Source: the human T2T-CHM13v2.0 reference genome, Homo sapiens. Taken from it: 64,000 nucleotides of DNA. The notes below the pieces were generated by a model. That model saw only the letters and a list, made by a program, of their open reading frames with translations, was not told the DNA's origin and did not search any database. Below, piece by piece: positions 63,004 to 64,000 of the stretch (position 1 is its first letter; each line of letters begins with the position of its first letter). Location of the stretch: NCBI RefSeq assembly GCF_009914755.1, contig NC_060931.1, one strand, 5' to 3'. The position numbers were made by a program, and so were the translations under genes.

Positions 63004-63385
63004 ATTGTGCTGTGGAGGCACTCAGTGGAGGGGTTCCGAGTGTGACGCGCGTCAGGATTCTTTAACCCATTGATCACTAAAACTCCTTTTAGATGCCGAT
63101 GCGAGAGTGAGGCTGATAAACGAGTCTGAGAGAGTTTGTTCAATAAATACAAGATCATCTGAGGTGATTCCAAAGCACGTGCTGTGGTTCAACGGCACCG
63201 TCTCTGCTCTTCAGTGGACCTGAGCTGAGAAATGGCTTCCAAGTCAGTGAAACAGGCATCGTGGTGAGCTCCTAGCAGAGCTGCCTCCCAAGCTGATTGT
63301 GAGCCTCTCCAGGACAGGCAAGGTTCTTCAGGGTCTATGACTGCACTTTGATGCTTAGGGGCCTGTGTTCTTTCTTCAACAAATA

Positions 63386-63875
63386 CATCCACGTTGCTGC
63401 AAAGGACACAATTTGGGGCCACCATCCTAAGCAAATTAACGCAAAAGCAGAAAGCCACACGCTGCCACACACTCTCACACGGAAGCAGGAACCAGACATC
63501 ATCAGAGAGCCACACGCTGCCACACACTCTCGCACGGAAGTGGGAACTACACTCATCAGAGAACCACATGCGCTCACATGGAAGTGGGGACCAGACATCG
63601 GGTACTTACAGCCATAGAGATGGGAACAACAGACACGTAAGAGGGAATGTGAGAGGGAATGTGAGAGGGAGGTGGGAGAAAAGGGCTGAAACTCCCTCTG
63701 GGGGACGTGCTCACTACCTGCAAGACGGGAGCAAGCAAGACGGTACCCCAAACCTCAGCATCACCAGTATGCCCAGGTCACAAGTGTACCCCAAACCTCA
63801 GCACCACCAGTATACCCAGGTCACAAGCCTGCACATGTACTCCCAGATTCTAAAATAAAAGCTGAAAATTAAAAA
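63386..63875 (+). mobile_element. 5'-truncated L1 3' end (L1PB-like) with a short 5' inversion
   Basis: gccaccatcctaagcaaattaacgca...gatgggaacaacagacac...gctcactacctg...gtaccccaaacctcagcatcac...cctgcacatgtac...ctaaaataaaag; 63386-63414 is L1 antisense. Confidence 0.88.
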
Positions 63876-64000
63876 TACGGATAAGTGAACAGATGTGCCA
63901 CCGACAACCCTCCCACATGCCCCACGGTGCTGCCTCTCGAAACTGACTGGACCTTTTAAAATGTAGTTCAGTCGGTTTAAATCAGCGATTGAAGCAAACA

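Overview
This is primate (most likely human) non-coding genomic DNA with the character of a GC-rich subtelomeric intron or gene desert. I could not identify the exact locus. I see no supportable protein-coding gene, RNA gene or CRISPR array. The long ORFs in the track are mostly by-products of tandem repeats and high GC content, and the only protein-derived sequence I clearly recognise is the dead transposase of a near full-length HSMAR2 mariner (29.5-30.8 kb). About a quarter of the window (hand sum roughly 17 kb) is about 30 distinct tandem repeats, mostly minisatellites with 16-81 bp units plus CA/TG-rich simple repeats. These are interspersed with three Alus, MaLR and ERV1 solo LTRs, old L1/L2/MIR fragments, hAT MITEs and several AT-rich islands dense in homeodomain motifs that resemble conserved enhancers. 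The most notable structures are: (i) a ~148-bp, ~95% identical inverted repeat around a ~970-bp spacer built on ancient L2 sequence; (ii) a ~66-copy minisatellite made from the first 35 bp of a MER34-like LTR that also hosts a THE1 insertion; (iii) tandem duplications at every stage arising inside old transposons; (iv) a twin-primed L1. Repeat-family names come from recalled consensus sequences and need RepeatMasker/Dfam confirmation. I found no evidence for a novel gene system.
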